From Candidatus Anaerotruncus excrementipullorum (GTDB lineage: Bacteria; Bacillota; Clostridia; Oscillospirales; Ruminococcaceae), in the NCBI GenBank assembly GCA_019114825.1, contig DXES01000011.1, positions 1 to 44,125 of the forward strand: 44,125 nt of DNA. The letters are read 5' to 3'. How positions within the stretch are numbered: the stretch's first letter is position 1; every line of letters starts with the position of its first letter. The notes beneath the pieces were generated by a model. The model had not been told where the DNA came from and did not search any database. It was given only the letters and a program-made list of their open reading frames with translations. The translations under genes and the position numbers were made by a program. Of this stretch, positions 18,920 to 29,274 are shown in pieces.

Positions 18920-19906
18920 TTATTTTTCGGTGGAAACCGAGAGGCTCTCCCCGTCGCTCACCACCACAATGGTGCCGTCCTGGTCGGTGCGCAAAAGCGG
19001 GATCTCCCGCACGTCCAGCCGCTCCACCGTCTGGGGGGAGGGGTGGCCGTAGCTGTTGTCGTACCCCACCTCCGCCACCGCCAGCAGGGGGGAGACGGCG
19101 TTGAGCCACTTCTCCTGGGAGGAGGTGTCGCTGCCGTGGTGGCCCAGCTTCAGCACCTGGGCGGCCACCGCCTCGCCGCCGAACCGGTCCAGGATGGCGT
19201 CCTCGCTGGGGGCCTCGGCGTCCCCGGTGAAGAGGAAGGCGGTCTGGCCAAAGTCCAGCCGGAAGACGATGGAGGCGTTATTCAGGTCATCGAACTCCCC
19301 CACCGGCCCCAGGATGGTGATCTGCGCCCCGTCCCCCAGGCTGAAGGTCATGCCGGGGGAGGCGGCGGTGATGGAGAGCCCCTTGGCCGCGATGGCGTCC
19401 AGCAGCTCCTCATAGGTGCGGGTGGTGGGGATCAGGCTGTCGGGCAGGGGGGCGAAGAGTACCTGCCCGATCTCAAACTGCTGGACAATTTCTGCCATGC
19501 CGCCGATGTGGTCGGCATGGGGGTGGGTGGCGATCAGCAGGTCGATCTGCTCCACCTGCTGGGAGCGCAGATAGGCGGCGATTTTATCCTCGTCGCCGGG
19601 GTTGCCCGCGTCCACCAGTACGTTCTGGCTCTCGGTCTGGATCAGCTCGCAGTCCCCCTGGCCCACATCGATAAAGTGGGCGGCCACCTTCCCCTCCACC
19701 TCCACCGGGGCGGGGGTGAGCCCGGTCTGGGCGGACAGCCCGTCCACCCAGGACTGGACCTCGTCCACGCTGGGCACCGGCAGCTGGCTGCCGATGGCTT
19801 CGTTGAGCAGCACCACTACCAAAAAGGCGGCCGCCAGCGCCAAAAGGCTGGCAAACGCCTGCTTGGGGGTCAGCTGGAGGCGCTTTTTCCGCCTGCGGGC
19901 GCTCAT
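18920..19906 (-). CDS. ComEC/Rec2-like metallo-beta-lactamase-fold hydrolase, membrane anchored
   Basis: IDVGQGD, THPHADHIGG, FTGDA, GHHGS, NSYGHP, RTDQDG; N-terminal TM. Confidence 0.92.
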   Translation of the reverse strand: MSARRRKKRLQLTPKQAFASLLALAAAFLVVVLLNEAIGSQLPVPSVDEVQSWVDGLSAQTGLTPAPVEVEGKVAAHFIDVGQGDCELIQTESQNVLVDAGNPGDEDKIAAYLRSQQVEQIDLLIATHPHADHIGGMAEIVQQFEIGQVLFAPLPDSLIPTTRTYEELLDAIAAKGLSITAASPGMTFSLGDGAQITILGPVGEFDDLNNASIVFRLDFGQTAFLFTGDAEAPSEDAILDRFGGEAVAAQVLKLGHHGSDTSSQEKWLNAVSPLLAVAEVGYDNSYGHPSPQTVERLDVREIPLLRTDQDGTIVVVSDGESLSVSTEK

Positions 19907-19987
19907 GGCCGGAGGCCCTTTCGAGGTGTACGCGTTTTTTTCATCGGTATCCCTCCGTTACAATTTTGGGGTGTGAAGGCCGCCGCC

Positions 19988-21928
19988 TCAGCGGCCCCGC
20001 CGTTTGGATTTTCGCTCCTGGGGCTTCTGCGGCTGCTGGAACCTTCCTGCGCCCCGCCGGGACCGCTGGGGAGCGGCCCTGTCCGCCTGGCGGGCGCCTT
20101 TCTGGGCGCCTTTGGCGGGCAGCTTCTCCGCGCCCTGCTGGGGGGTGCGGCGGTCGGGGGGCACCAGGCAGTTGGGCCCCGTGCCGATCAAATCCTCCCG
20201 CCCGGCCCGGCGCAGGGCGGTGAGCACCGCCCTGCGGTTCTCCGGCTTCCACCATTGGAGCAGCGAACGCTGGAGCCACTTCTCCTCCTGGCTGCGGGGG
20301 ACATAGACCTCCTTCATGGTGTAGGGGTCCAGCCCGGTATAGAACATACAGGTGGAGACGGTGCCCGGGGTGGGGTAGAAGTCCTGCACCTGCTCGGGGT
20401 GGATGTGGTGGCGCTTTAAAAATACCGCCAGCTGCACCGCATCCTGCAGGGTGGCCCCCGGATGGGAGGAGATCAGGTAGGGGACCAGGTACTGCTCCTT
20501 ACCCAGCTCCTTGGTGAGCCGGTAAAACCGCTGGGCGAACTGCTCGAACACCTGGATGTGGGGCTTGCCCATATAGTCCAGCACATGGTTGCAGCAGTGC
20601 TCGGGGGCCACCTTCAGCTGGCCGCTCACATGGTATTGCAGCAGCTCCCGCATGAACTGGTCGTCCCGGTCCAGCATCATATAGTCGAACCGCAGCCCCG
20701 ACCGCACGAATACCCGGCGCACCCCCGGCAGTGCCCGCAGCTGGCGCAGCAGGGACAGGTAGTCGCTCTCATCCACCTCCATGGCCGGGCAGGGGGTGGG
20801 GGCCAGGCATTTGCGCTGGGCGCATAGCCCATGTTCCAGCTGCTTTTTGCAGGAGGGTTGGCGGAAGTTGGCGGTGGGCCCGCCCACATCGCTGATGATC
20901 CCCTTGAACCGGGGGTTTTTGAGGAAGCCCTTGGCCTCCGCCAGCACCGACTGGTGGCTGCGGCAGGTGACCGCCCGTCCCTGGTGGAAGGCGATGGAGC
21001 AGAAGTTGCAGTTGCCGAAGCACCCCCGGTTGTGCATGATGGAGAACTCCACCTCCTGGATGGCCTTGACCCCGCCCTGGGCCTCGTAGGAGGGGTGGTA
21101 CATCCGCTCAAACGGCAGGGCAAACACCCGGTCCAGCTCCTGGGTATTGAGCGGGAGGGCGGGCTCGGCCTGCACCAAAAACAGGTTGTCCCCCTGCTTT
21201 TGGATCAGCTTATGTCCCCGCACCGCGTCCTGTTCCTCAATGAGGGTGTGGGTGGCCTGGGCGTAGGAGCGCTTATTCTCCCGCACCTTGGCGAAGGAGG
21301 CCACCGACACCGCGTCGTGGGGCAACCCCAGCTGGTCGGTGAGGTAGCAGACCCCCCGGCAGCGGATCTCTTTGGCGGGCACCCCGGCGGCCAGCTCCCG
21401 GGCGATGTGGGCGGTCTGCCGCTCCCCCATGCCGAAGATCAATAGGTCCGCGCCGCTGTCCACCAAAATGGAGGGCAGCACCTGGTCGGCCCAATAGTCG
21501 TAGTGGGCGAACCGGCGCATGGAGGCCTCCAGCCCGCCGATGACGATCTGGGCATCCGGAAAGAGCTCCCGGATTTTTTTGCAGTAGGCCACCGTGGCCC
21601 GGTCGGGGCGCTTGCCCGCCTTGCCGCCGGGGGTGTAGGCGTCGTCGCTGCGGCGGCGCTTGGCGGCGGTGTAGTGGGCCACCATCGAGTCGATGTTCCC
21701 CCCGTTGACCCACCATCCATAGCGGGGCGGCCCAAACCGCAGGTAGTCCTCCTCCCGGGTGGGCTGGGCGATCATGCACACCCGGAACCCCAGCGCCTCC
21801 AGCAGCCGGGAGACGATGGCCATGCCAAAGCTGGGGTGGTCCACATAGGCGTCCCCGGTGACACAGAGGAAGTCGGGGGCCTCCCAGCCCCGCTGGTCCA
21901 TCTCCCGCTTGGTGAGGGGCAAAAACAT
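19988..21928 (-). CDS. YgiQ family radical SAM protein (UPF0313)
   Basis: GDAYVDHPSFG, RGCFGNCNFC, GQLKVAPEH, QVQDFYPTP; SD GGAGG before ATG 21928. Confidence 0.95.
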   Translation of the reverse strand: MFLPLTKREMDQRGWEAPDFLCVTGDAYVDHPSFGMAIVSRLLEALGFRVCMIAQPTREEDYLRFGPPRYGWWVNGGNIDSMVAHYTAAKRRRSDDAYTPGGKAGKRPDRATVAYCKKIRELFPDAQIVIGGLEASMRRFAHYDYWADQVLPSILVDSGADLLIFGMGERQTAHIARELAAGVPAKEIRCRGVCYLTDQLGLPHDAVSVASFAKVRENKRSYAQATHTLIEEQDAVRGHKLIQKQGDNLFLVQAEPALPLNTQELDRVFALPFERMYHPSYEAQGGVKAIQEVEFSIMHNRGCFGNCNFCSIAFHQGRAVTCRSHQSVLAEAKGFLKNPRFKGIISDVGGPTANFRQPSCKKQLEHGLCAQRKCLAPTPCPAMEVDESDYLSLLRQLRALPGVRRVFVRSGLRFDYMMLDRDDQFMRELLQYHVSGQLKVAPEHCCNHVLDYMGKPHIQVFEQFAQRFYRLTKELGKEQYLVPYLISSHPGATLQDAVQLAVFLKRHHIHPEQVQDFYPTPGTVSTCMFYTGLDPYTMKEVYVPRSQEEKWLQRSLLQWWKPENRRAVLTALRRAGREDLIGTGPNCLVPPDRRTPQQGAEKLPAKGAQKGARQADRAAPQRSRRGAGRFQQPQKPQERKSKRRGR

Positions 21929-21970
21929 GAAAAAATTCCTCCAAATCTCAAAAGTAACAGGCGAAAGGAA

Positions 21971-21999
21971 GGCCGCGCGGCGTTTAAGGCCGCGCGGCC
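21971..21999 (-). terminator. GC-rich hairpin, possible terminator
   Basis: GGCCGCGCGGC-gtttaag-GCCGCGCGGCC. Confidence 0.45.
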
Positions 22000-22019
22000 G
22001 CTGGGCACAATCAGGGGGA

Positions 22020-22829
22020 TCACTTGCCGGGTTTCTGTACCCCGTCGTAGAGGCAGACATCGTCCCAGGCGGACACGTCCGGCCGCTGGAAGTTCTGCAT
22101 CGACAGCTTCAGGTAGTCGGGCTGGGCCTTCTGGGAGTCCCGGGTGCAGGAGCCGATCTCCTGGTCGTCCAGGTAGTAGGTGACCTTCCCGTCCTGGAAG
22201 GTGATGGTCAGGGTGACCCACAGGCCCTGCTGGGCAGTTTCCGCATCCGCTTGGGCCGCGGCCTGGATCGCCGCCCAGTCGATCTGGGCGGTGCCCCACT
22301 CCTGGTCGGCCTCGGGGTCATAGTACTTCACAATGGGGGCGTCATCCCCGCCCTTGATCACCGTGATGGCAGGGGGCTGCTTGTTGCTGCCGATCAGGTC
22401 CACCTGGAAGAGCACCTTCTTCTTGTTGTCCAGGGTGGTCTGGTACTCCACTTTGGGGGCCCGCTCCTTCAGGTAGCTGTCGGTGCGCACGCCATACCAG
22501 GTGTCGTCCAGCAGCAGCTTGGCGCTGGCGGTCCAGCCAGTGGCGGAGACCGAATCCGCCTCCAGCTTGTAGCCCTGCATATTGTAGGCCTTGTCCCGGT
22601 ATTCCTCCGCCCGGTTGCGGATGTAGCCGTCCGGCCCCATGGCCAGGTAGAGCACCCCCCGGTCCACATAGAAGTCGTCCGGCTGGTAGCCGTCCACCTC
22701 CCAGTTTTTCAGAGTGGAAGGGTCGGAGAAGTCGTCCATCGTCACCGGCTCCGCCGCGAAAGCGGGCACCGACAGGGCCGCGCAGGCGGCCAGCACCAGG
22801 CTCAAGCTTCCCATCCAACGGTTTTTCAT
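22020..22829 (-). CDS. Hypothetical secreted protein, possibly a beta-sandwich (lectin/ConA-like)
   Basis: Signal peptide ending PAFA; beta-rich WVTLTITFQDGKVTYYLDD; strong GC3 codon bias. Confidence 0.75.
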   Translation of the reverse strand: MKNRWMGSLSLVLAACAALSVPAFAAEPVTMDDFSDPSTLKNWEVDGYQPDDFYVDRGVLYLAMGPDGYIRNRAEEYRDKAYNMQGYKLEADSVSATGWTASAKLLLDDTWYGVRTDSYLKERAPKVEYQTTLDNKKKVLFQVDLIGSNKQPPAITVIKGGDDAPIVKYYDPEADQEWGTAQIDWAAIQAAAQADAETAQQGLWVTLTITFQDGKVTYYLDDQEIGSCTRDSQKAQPDYLKLSMQNFQRPDVSAWDDVCLYDGVQKPGK

Positions 22830-22873
22830 GGAAATCCCCCTTTATTTGGCCGAGTAGGCCTCTCTATAGCATT

Positions 22874-22902
22874 ACTATACCGAATTTTCCGCCAAAAAGC
22901 AA
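22874..22902 (-). promoter_or_regulatory. Sigma-A promoter overlapping the upstream terminator
   Basis: TTGCTT-N17-TATAGT on the minus strand. Confidence 0.5.
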
Positions 22903-22929
22903 CAGCCGTTTTGGAAAAACGGCTGTTGC
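22894..22929 (-). terminator. Intrinsic terminator
   Basis: GCAACAGCCGTTTT-gga-AAAACGGCTGTTGC followed by TTTTT on the minus strand. Confidence 0.8.
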
Positions 22930-22939
22930 AACCGGAATT

Positions 22940-23641
22940 TTAAGGGATTTCTTGGATAGAAAGGTACCGGAAGCTCCCGTCCTCCAAAAGCCGTACCTCC
23001 ATCTGAAAGCTCCCCGAGGGCTCCCCGGTGTAGTAGTCCAGCTGCCGGTATTGGATGGTGGCGGCCCCCTCCTCTTCGGTGTAGCCGGTGACTTCGATCC
23101 GGTTGCCCACGCCGCCCCGGCCTGCCTCATGGGTGATGGTGCCGGCAACGGGATCGTACCGGCTGCGGAAATCCGCCTGCACCCCCGCCAAAATCGTCTG
23201 CTGGTCAACCTCAAAATACTGGGTGAGGCAGCTCACCACCACCTCCACGGGGTAACAGCCGTCGGGGTAGTCGTCCAGGGGGCTTTCCAGCCCCTGCTGC
23301 TGCCGGTAGATGGCGATATCCTCAAAGTAGAACATCCAATTTGCCCCGATCTGCTGGGGGGAGTCAAAGGTTTGCCCGATATTGAGCTCCCACCCCAGCG
23401 GGTCCAGGTAGGTCTCCCGCACCCAGGCCAGCGGCTCCTCCTGGGGGGCGCTGGAGGCCGCTTGCTCCGGCGCGCCGGAAGCGGGCGGGGAGACCGCCTC
23501 GGGCGCCTGGGAGACGGATTCTGCCTCGCTGGAAACGACCGGCTGGGGCAGGGAGGCGGCGGGCTGTTCCCGCTCCCCGCAGGCCCCCAGGCAGGCCGCG
23601 GCCAAAGCCGCCGCCAGAATGCGCATCGTTTTCATTTTCAT
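22940..23641 (-). CDS. Hypothetical lipoprotein
   Basis: MKMKTMRILAAALAAACLGAC lipobox, Ser/Ala/Pro linker, then a globular domain. Confidence 0.75.
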   Translation of the reverse strand: MKMKTMRILAAALAAACLGACGEREQPAASLPQPVVSSEAESVSQAPEAVSPPASGAPEQAASSAPQEEPLAWVRETYLDPLGWELNIGQTFDSPQQIGANWMFYFEDIAIYRQQQGLESPLDDYPDGCYPVEVVVSCLTQYFEVDQQTILAGVQADFRSRYDPVAGTITHEAGRGGVGNRIEVTGYTEEEGAATIQYRQLDYYTGEPSGSFQMEVRLLEDGSFRYLSIQEIP

Positions 23642-23670
23642 GGGAACCCTCCCTTTCGGCCGGCCGGCGG

Positions 23671-26271
23671 TCAGGGCTGCTGGTTCAGCTTCATCTCCGC
23701 CCACCGCTCCTTGGTGATCAGCACCTGCCGGGGCTTGCTGCCCTCGAAGGGCCCCACAATCCCCTTGGCCTCCATCTCGTCCACAATCCGGGCGGCCCGG
23801 GCGTAGCCCAGTTTCAGCCGCCGCTGGAGCAGGGAGGTGGAGGCCATCCCCGCCTCCACCACCACCTCGATGGCGGGCAGCAGCATGTCGTCCTCGGCCT
23901 CCTCGCCCCCCTCCCCGGCGTCCCCGCCGGATTTGGAGCCCTTGGAGGCCACCACATGGCTATCGATCTCTTGGATCACCGCCTCGTCGTAGTCGGCGGA
24001 GGAGTCCCGCTTGATAAAGCCGGTCACCGCCTCGATCTCCTCATCGGTGACAAAACAGCCCTGCACCCGCACCGGTTTGGGGGTGCCCACCGGGCTAAAG
24101 AGCATATCCCCCCGGCCCAGCAGCTTCTCCGCGCCGCCCATATCCAAAATTGTGCGGCTGTCCACCTGGGAGGAGACGGCAAAGGCGATGCGGGAGGGGA
24201 TGTTGGCCTTGATAACGCCGGTGATCACGTCCACCGAAGGCCGCTGGGTGGCGATGATCAGGTGCATCCCCGCCGCCCGGGCCATCTGGGCCAGGCGGCA
24301 GATGTAGTCCTCGATCTCGTTGGGGGCAGCCATCATCAGGTCGGCCAGCTCGTCGATGATGATGACGATCTGGGGCATCGGCTGCATCCCCTCGGTGCGC
24401 TCGGCCAGGTGGTTGTAGCCGGCCAGGTCCCGCACGGCGTTGTCCGCAAACAGCTTATAGCGCTTGAGCATCTCGGTGACCGCCCAGGAGAGGGCGCCCG
24501 CCGCCTTCTTCGGGTCGGTGACCACCGGCACCAGCAGCTGGGGGATGCCGTTATACACCCCCAGCTCCACCACCTTGGGGTCGATCATCAGAAGGCGCAC
24601 CTCGTCGGGGGTGGATTTGTAGAGCAGGGAGACGATGATCGAGTTGATGCACACCGACTTGCCCGAGCCGGTGGAACCGGCGATCAGCAGGTGGGGCATC
24701 TTGGCGATATCGGTGACGATGATGTTGCCCGCAATATCCCGCCCCAAAGCGGCGCACAGGCGGCTGGGGGCATTCTGGAACTCGGGGGAGTCCAAAATCT
24801 CCCGGATGGATACGGCGGAGACCGTCTTGTTGGGTACCTCGATGCCCACCGCCGCCTTATTGGGGATGGGCGCCTCGATGCGCACCCCGGCGGAGGCCAG
24901 GTTCAGGGCGATGTCATCCGCCAGGTTGGTGATCTTGGAGATCTTCACCCCGGCGGAGGGCTGCAGCTCATAGCGGGTGACCGCCGGCCCCCGGGAGATG
25001 TCCACAATCCGGGTCTGCACCCCGAAGGAGGCCAGCGTGTCCACCAGCCGCTGGGCGTTCTGCTTCATCTCCTCGGTCAGGTTTTCATCCCGCTTGCGCT
25101 TGGGTTCCCGCAGCAGGGAGAGGGGGGGCTTCTGGTAGACCGGGGGCGGCGGGGTGGGCTCCAGCGCCTCCTCTGCCTCTGGATTGGGGGCGTCGGCCCC
25201 CTCTGGGGTGGTCTCCCCTGGGGTGTTCTCCTCCGGGGCGGCGTTTTCCTCCGGTTCGACGGAGGCGTCCGGCAGGTCGGCCATGGGCTTTGCAAACAGC
25301 TTGTCCCAGTCCAGGGCGTCCTCCTCCGGCGGCGGGGCAGCTTCCGGGGCCTCTTGGGCTTCCGGGGCGGCCCCGGCATCGAAGTGGAACCCCTCCTCCT
25401 CCACCGGGGCGGGGGCGGCCTTCTGGGCGGAGGCCGCGGGCACATACTCCATCGCCTCCGCCTCCGGCACCAGGGCAAAGCCCCCGGCCTGGGCGGGGTC
25501 GAAGTTGTCGTCAATGGGGATATCGATGGCAAATTTATGCCGCTGGGACTTCTTGGCGGCTTTGGGGGCGGGCTCCTGGGCCGCCGGACCGGCAGCTGCC
25601 CGGGGCTGCCCCTTGGCGGGCGGGGCGGGGCGCTGGGCCCGGCGCTGCTCCTGCTGGAGCATCTGGTCGGCGTAGGTCTCCTCCAGGTGCTTCACCGGCT
25701 GTTTGGCCGCCCGGGCCAGCCCGATCAGGGTGCCGCCGGTGAGGATCATCAAAAAGACAAAGATGAGCAGCAGGATCACAATGCCGCCCCCCACCTTGCC
25801 ACAGTAGAGCAGCAGCGGCAGGCCCACCAGCGTCCCGGCCAGGCCCCCGGAGTGCAGGTCGATCCCCTCGGTGATGCACTCCACCAGCATCTCCAACAGG
25901 TTGATGTCCACCGAGCGGGGGACCCCCATCTGGAAGATCTGCAAAGCGCCGCAGATGAGCACCACCAGCACCGCCCCGCAGACCGCCTTTCCGGTCACCT
26001 TCTGCCCCTTGGTGAGCAGGATGGCTATGTAGAAGAGTAGCAGGATCAAGGCGATGGCCCCCAGCCCGAACAGCCCGAACAGGGCGTTGTGCAGCCACCG
26101 CCAAAGGCTGACCCCCTCCACCAGCGCCAGCGCCGCCAGCAGCACCCCCAGCGCGAAGAGGATCACCGCGTGGATCTGTTGGCGCGCCCGCTTTTTGGCG
26201 GCATTTTTTTTGCGGGTGGCGGCGCTGGAACTGCTGCGCCCGCCCCCCTTGGAAGACGATTTTGTGGCCAT
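23671..26271 (-). CDS. ftsK: DNA translocase FtsK/SpoIIIE
   Basis: 4 N-terminal TMs, acidic linker, [24 protein letters not shown], gamma domain [14 protein letters not shown]. Confidence 0.97.
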   Translation of the reverse strand: MATKSSSKGGGRSSSSAATRKKNAAKKRARQQIHAVILFALGVLLAALALVEGVSLWRWLHNALFGLFGLGAIALILLLFYIAILLTKGQKVTGKAVCGAVLVVLICGALQIFQMGVPRSVDINLLEMLVECITEGIDLHSGGLAGTLVGLPLLLYCGKVGGGIVILLLIFVFLMILTGGTLIGLARAAKQPVKHLEETYADQMLQQEQRRAQRPAPPAKGQPRAAAGPAAQEPAPKAAKKSQRHKFAIDIPIDDNFDPAQAGGFALVPEAEAMEYVPAASAQKAAPAPVEEEGFHFDAGAAPEAQEAPEAAPPPEEDALDWDKLFAKPMADLPDASVEPEENAAPEENTPGETTPEGADAPNPEAEEALEPTPPPPVYQKPPLSLLREPKRKRDENLTEEMKQNAQRLVDTLASFGVQTRIVDISRGPAVTRYELQPSAGVKISKITNLADDIALNLASAGVRIEAPIPNKAAVGIEVPNKTVSAVSIREILDSPEFQNAPSRLCAALGRDIAGNIIVTDIAKMPHLLIAGSTGSGKSVCINSIIVSLLYKSTPDEVRLLMIDPKVVELGVYNGIPQLLVPVVTDPKKAAGALSWAVTEMLKRYKLFADNAVRDLAGYNHLAERTEGMQPMPQIVIIIDELADLMMAAPNEIEDYICRLAQMARAAGMHLIIATQRPSVDVITGVIKANIPSRIAFAVSSQVDSRTILDMGGAEKLLGRGDMLFSPVGTPKPVRVQGCFVTDEEIEAVTGFIKRDSSADYDEAVIQEIDSHVVASKGSKSGGDAGEGGEEAEDDMLLPAIEVVVEAGMASTSLLQRRLKLGYARAARIVDEMEAKGIVGPFEGSKPRQVLITKERWAEMKLNQQP

Positions 26272-26307
26272 GGCTGCCTCCTTTTTCCCTTTAGAAAGAA
26301 TCAAACG

Positions 26308-27192
26308 TCACAGGCTGGAGAAAAACTGCTGGATGGGATAGCCCAGCAGCCGGTCGGAGAACCCCACCACCAGCGTCAGCGTCCCCAACGCCAGCGTGTA
26401 CCAGCCGAAGTATTTGAGCTTGTTGCCCCGCACCACCCACTGTACCGTGCGGATGGCCAAGATCCCCACCACTAGCGAGGTGAAAAACCCGGTGAGGATC
26501 ACCCCCAGGGGCAGCTGGATGCCCTCCCGCACCGCATCGGGCACCTCCAGCACAATCGCCCCCAGCACCGCCGGGATGCCCAGGATAAACGAATAGGTGA
26601 CCGCGAACTCCCGCTGCAGGCCCCAGAGCATCCCGGTGCAGATGGTGGAGCCGGAGCGGGAGATGCCGGGCATGGTGGCCACCACCTGGGCGATGCCGAT
26701 GGCGGCGGCGGATTTGACGGTCATATCCTTGGCGGTGCGCCGCCCCCGGTCGTGGCGGGAGGCGACGGTGAGCAGCAGCCCGGTGATCAGAAAGCAAAAT
26801 CCCTCCACCGTGATGTCCCGGTCGGTGGAAAACTGCTCCACAAAGTCCTTAAAGAGCAGCATGACAAATAGGGGGAGCAGGGAGAGGGCCAGCATCAGGA
26901 GCATCCGCCGGGCGGGGGGGAACGACCGCATCCCCCGGCGGAACAGCCGTCCGGTAACGAGATCCCCCAAAAGCCGCAGCCCCTCCACAATCAGCTCCAG
27001 GATGGTGCGCCAAAACAGGATGCACACCGCCACCAGCGTCCCCGCATGGAGCAGGATGGAGAACAAAAACCCGGTGTCCCCTGCGTGGCCGCTGAAATAT
27101 TGGAAGAGGGACAGGTGTCCCGAGCTGGACACCGGGAGGAATTCGGTGAGGCCCTGGAGGACCCCCTGCAAAAACGCCTGCAAGATTGTCAT
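26308..27192 (-). CDS. uppP: Undecaprenyl-diphosphate phosphatase (BacA)
   Basis: QGLTEFLPVSSSGH, PGISRSGST. Confidence 0.96.
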   Translation of the reverse strand: MTILQAFLQGVLQGLTEFLPVSSSGHLSLFQYFSGHAGDTGFLFSILLHAGTLVAVCILFWRTILELIVEGLRLLGDLVTGRLFRRGMRSFPPARRMLLMLALSLLPLFVMLLFKDFVEQFSTDRDITVEGFCFLITGLLLTVASRHDRGRRTAKDMTVKSAAAIGIAQVVATMPGISRSGSTICTGMLWGLQREFAVTYSFILGIPAVLGAIVLEVPDAVREGIQLPLGVILTGFFTSLVVGILAIRTVQWVVRGNKLKYFGWYTLALGTLTLVVGFSDRLLGYPIQQFFSSL

Positions 27193-27210
27193 AGCGGAAG
27201 ACTCCTTCTG

Positions 27211-27417
27211 TCAAGGGGGCGGCAGCACCGCCCCCGGGAAATAGCGGGGGTCCAGGTAGAGGCTGGGATCGGTGGAGACCAGCCGGGAGAGGGTAAAGCT
27301 GCCGTCCCGGTTCTGCACCCCCTGCAGATAACCGTTATGCACCCGGCGGTAGGCATATGCCTGGCCCTCCGGCCGCCAGAGCACCAGGGGCAGCGGCAGC
27401 ACCGTATGCAGCACCAT
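27211..27417 (-). CDS. ylzJ: YlzJ-like small protein
   Basis: MVLHTVLP...RLVSTDPSLYLDPRYFPG; conserved tepA-ylzJ-spoIIIE context. Confidence 0.88.
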   Translation of the reverse strand: MVLHTVLPLPLVLWRPEGQAYAYRRVHNGYLQGVQNRDGSFTLSRLVSTDPSLYLDPRYFPGAVLPPP

Positions 27418-28154
27418 CAGCCCGCCCTCCCCTCGATCATGGCGTAGAGGGCGTCGATCACATCCGCCACACCCCCCAGGGCATCGATCAGCCCCTCCTC
27501 CACCGCCGCCTGCCCGTCCAGCACGGTACCCACATCCATCACCAGCTCGTCCTTGTTCAGCATCAGCTGCCGGAACCGCTCGGCGGAGATGCGGGAGTTT
27601 TCGGTGACAAACTTCACAATCCGCTCCTGCATCCGGTCGAAGTAGGAGAGGGTCTGGGGCACTCCCAGCACCAGCCCGTTCATCCGCACCGGGTGGACGG
27701 TCATGGTGGCAGAGGGGACGATGAAACTTTTACGGGCGGAGACCGCCAGCGGCACGCCGATGGAATGGCCGCCCCCCAATACCAGGGAGACGGTGGGCTT
27801 GCGCATGCCGCTGAGCAGCTCGGCGATGGCCAGCCCCGCCTCCACATCGCCCCCCACCGTGTTGAGGATGATGACCAGCCCCTCGATCTCCGGATCCTGC
27901 TCCACCGCCAACAGCTGGGGGATCACATGCTCGTACTTGGTGGTCTTGTTCTGGGCGGGCAGGATGAAATGCCCCTCGATCTCCCCGATGATGGTCAGGC
28001 AGTGGATCACATGCCGGCCCTTGGCGGCGGTGACGCCCCCCAGCTGTACCATCTGCTCCGCCTGTGCCGGGGGCAGGGGTTCCGGCTCCGCCCCGCCGGG
28101 GGCGGGTTCCTCCGGGGCACAGCCCTGGGCGCGCGGGAAAACGTCCTCTTGCAT
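27417..28154 (-). CDS. tepA: ClpP-like protease TepA
   Basis: [41 protein letters not shown]; SD GAAGGAGGT. Confidence 0.93.
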   Translation of the reverse strand: MQEDVFPRAQGCAPEEPAPGGAEPEPLPPAQAEQMVQLGGVTAAKGRHVIHCLTIIGEIEGHFILPAQNKTTKYEHVIPQLLAVEQDPEIEGLVIILNTVGGDVEAGLAIAELLSGMRKPTVSLVLGGGHSIGVPLAVSARKSFIVPSATMTVHPVRMNGLVLGVPQTLSYFDRMQERIVKFVTENSRISAERFRQLMLNKDELVMDVGTVLDGQAAVEEGLIDALGGVADVIDALYAMIEGRAG

Positions 28155-28185
28155 GGAAAAGACCTCCTTCAAATGGTGATGCCCA

Positions 28186-28214
28186 TAGCATTGACCATTC
28201 TTTGGAGGATATGC
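28186..28214 (-). promoter_or_regulatory. SigG-type promoter candidate for tepA
   Basis: GCATA-N17-AATGCTA on the minus strand. Confidence 0.4.
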
Positions 28215-28305
28215 CCCGTGCCTAAAGGGCGGACAAAAGCAGTCTACCACATCCGGCGTGAAAAGCGGGGCGAACCGGCGGGCAGACGGGGGTTGGCGCG
28301 GCCAT

Positions 28306-28797
28306 TCAGTAGTTGGAGCCCCCCTGGAGGCTCTCGTCGTGGGTGATCCACTCCTCCGAGACGTTGATCGTCCGGTAGTGGTCCCGGTCGTCCCGCACCA
28401 CCACGGTGGCGATGCCGGCGTTGATGATTACCCGGGCACACATGGAGCAGGGGCAGGCGTTCTGCACATATTCCCCGGTGTCGTACTCCTTGCCCACCAG
28501 GTAGAGGGTGGCCCCCAGCATGTCGTTGCGGGAGGCGTGGATGATGGCGTTCATTTCCGCGTGTACCGACCGGCAGAGCTCATACCGCTGCCCCCGGGGC
28601 ACCCCCAGCTGGGCCCGGGTGCAGTACCCCAGATCGCAGCAGTTTTTGCGCCCGCGGGGGGCGCCCACATAGCCGGTGGAGACGATCTGGTCGTTTTTCA
28701 CGATGATCGCCCCAAAGTTGCGCCGCAGGCAGGTGCCCCGCTCGATCACCGTCTCGGCGATGTCCAGGTAGTAGTTGGTCTTGTCCCGTCTCTCCAT
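28306..28797 (-). CDS. Deoxycytidylate (dCMP) deaminase family protein
   Basis: VHAEMNAI and PCSMC zinc motifs; TCLRRNFGA. Confidence 0.93.
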   Translation of the reverse strand: MERRDKTNYYLDIAETVIERGTCLRRNFGAIIVKNDQIVSTGYVGAPRGRKNCCDLGYCTRAQLGVPRGQRYELCRSVHAEMNAIIHASRNDMLGATLYLVGKEYDTGEYVQNACPCSMCARVIINAGIATVVVRDDRDHYRTINVSEEWITHDESLQGGSNY

Positions 28798-28837
28798 TGT
28801 TTTTTTTCACATCCCTCTCCGCCGTCCGCCGGGGCGG

Positions 28838-29095
28838 TCAGCGGTCGTATTCCAGCGGCGCGCCGCACTTGGGGCAGTGGATGGTCCCATCTTTGAACCA
28901 CTGGGGCGGCACTCCCCGCCAACCGCATTTGGGGCAGCGCAAAGAAAATTTGATGAGCAGGGCGGCAATCAGGCAGCCGCCTCCGGCCCCGACCAGCCAC
29001 GTTGTCTCCCACCACTGGCCTACCAACATCAAGACAGGGCCAAAGGCGCACAGCAGGATGGCCGCCCGGGCCCACCGCCGGGAAATCTTTTTCAT
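28838..29095 (-). CDS. Small 2-TM protein with C-terminal zinc ribbon
   Basis: SD AAAGGAGG; two hydrophobic helices, then CPKCG...CPKCG. Confidence 0.7.
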   Translation of the reverse strand: MKKISRRWARAAILLCAFGPVLMLVGQWWETTWLVGAGGGCLIAALLIKFSLRCPKCGWRGVPPQWFKDGTIHCPKCGAPLEYDR

Positions 29096-29120
29096 GGGGT
29101 GCCCTCCTTTGCATGGGGCA

Positions 29121-29149
29121 TTGCCAGGAAGCCCCGAATCCACTATAAT
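29121..29149 (+). promoter_or_regulatory. Sigma-A promoter for rsmA
   Basis: TTGCCA-N17-TATAAT. Confidence 0.7.
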
Positions 29150-29208
29150 AGCGGTAAGGACTGGAACCCGTCGGGCGGGATGCCCGGCCGGACGGATATC
29201 CTCTTTCC

Positions 29209-29237
29209 AGTATACCATTTTTGGCCCCCCATTGCAA
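29209..29237 (-). promoter_or_regulatory. Sigma-A promoter for the zinc-ribbon and dCMP deaminase genes
   Basis: TTGCAA-N17-TATACT with TG extension on the minus strand. Confidence 0.65.
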
Positions 29238-29274
29238 TCTTGGAAAATGGGGAGGCCCCAGAACCGGGGGCAGA

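Noticed and set aside
18920-19906. Antibiotic-resistance metallo-beta-lactamase or full ComEC channel
   Set aside because: The motifs are those of the ComEC-type MBL nuclease-like domain, and the multi-TM competence domain is absent.
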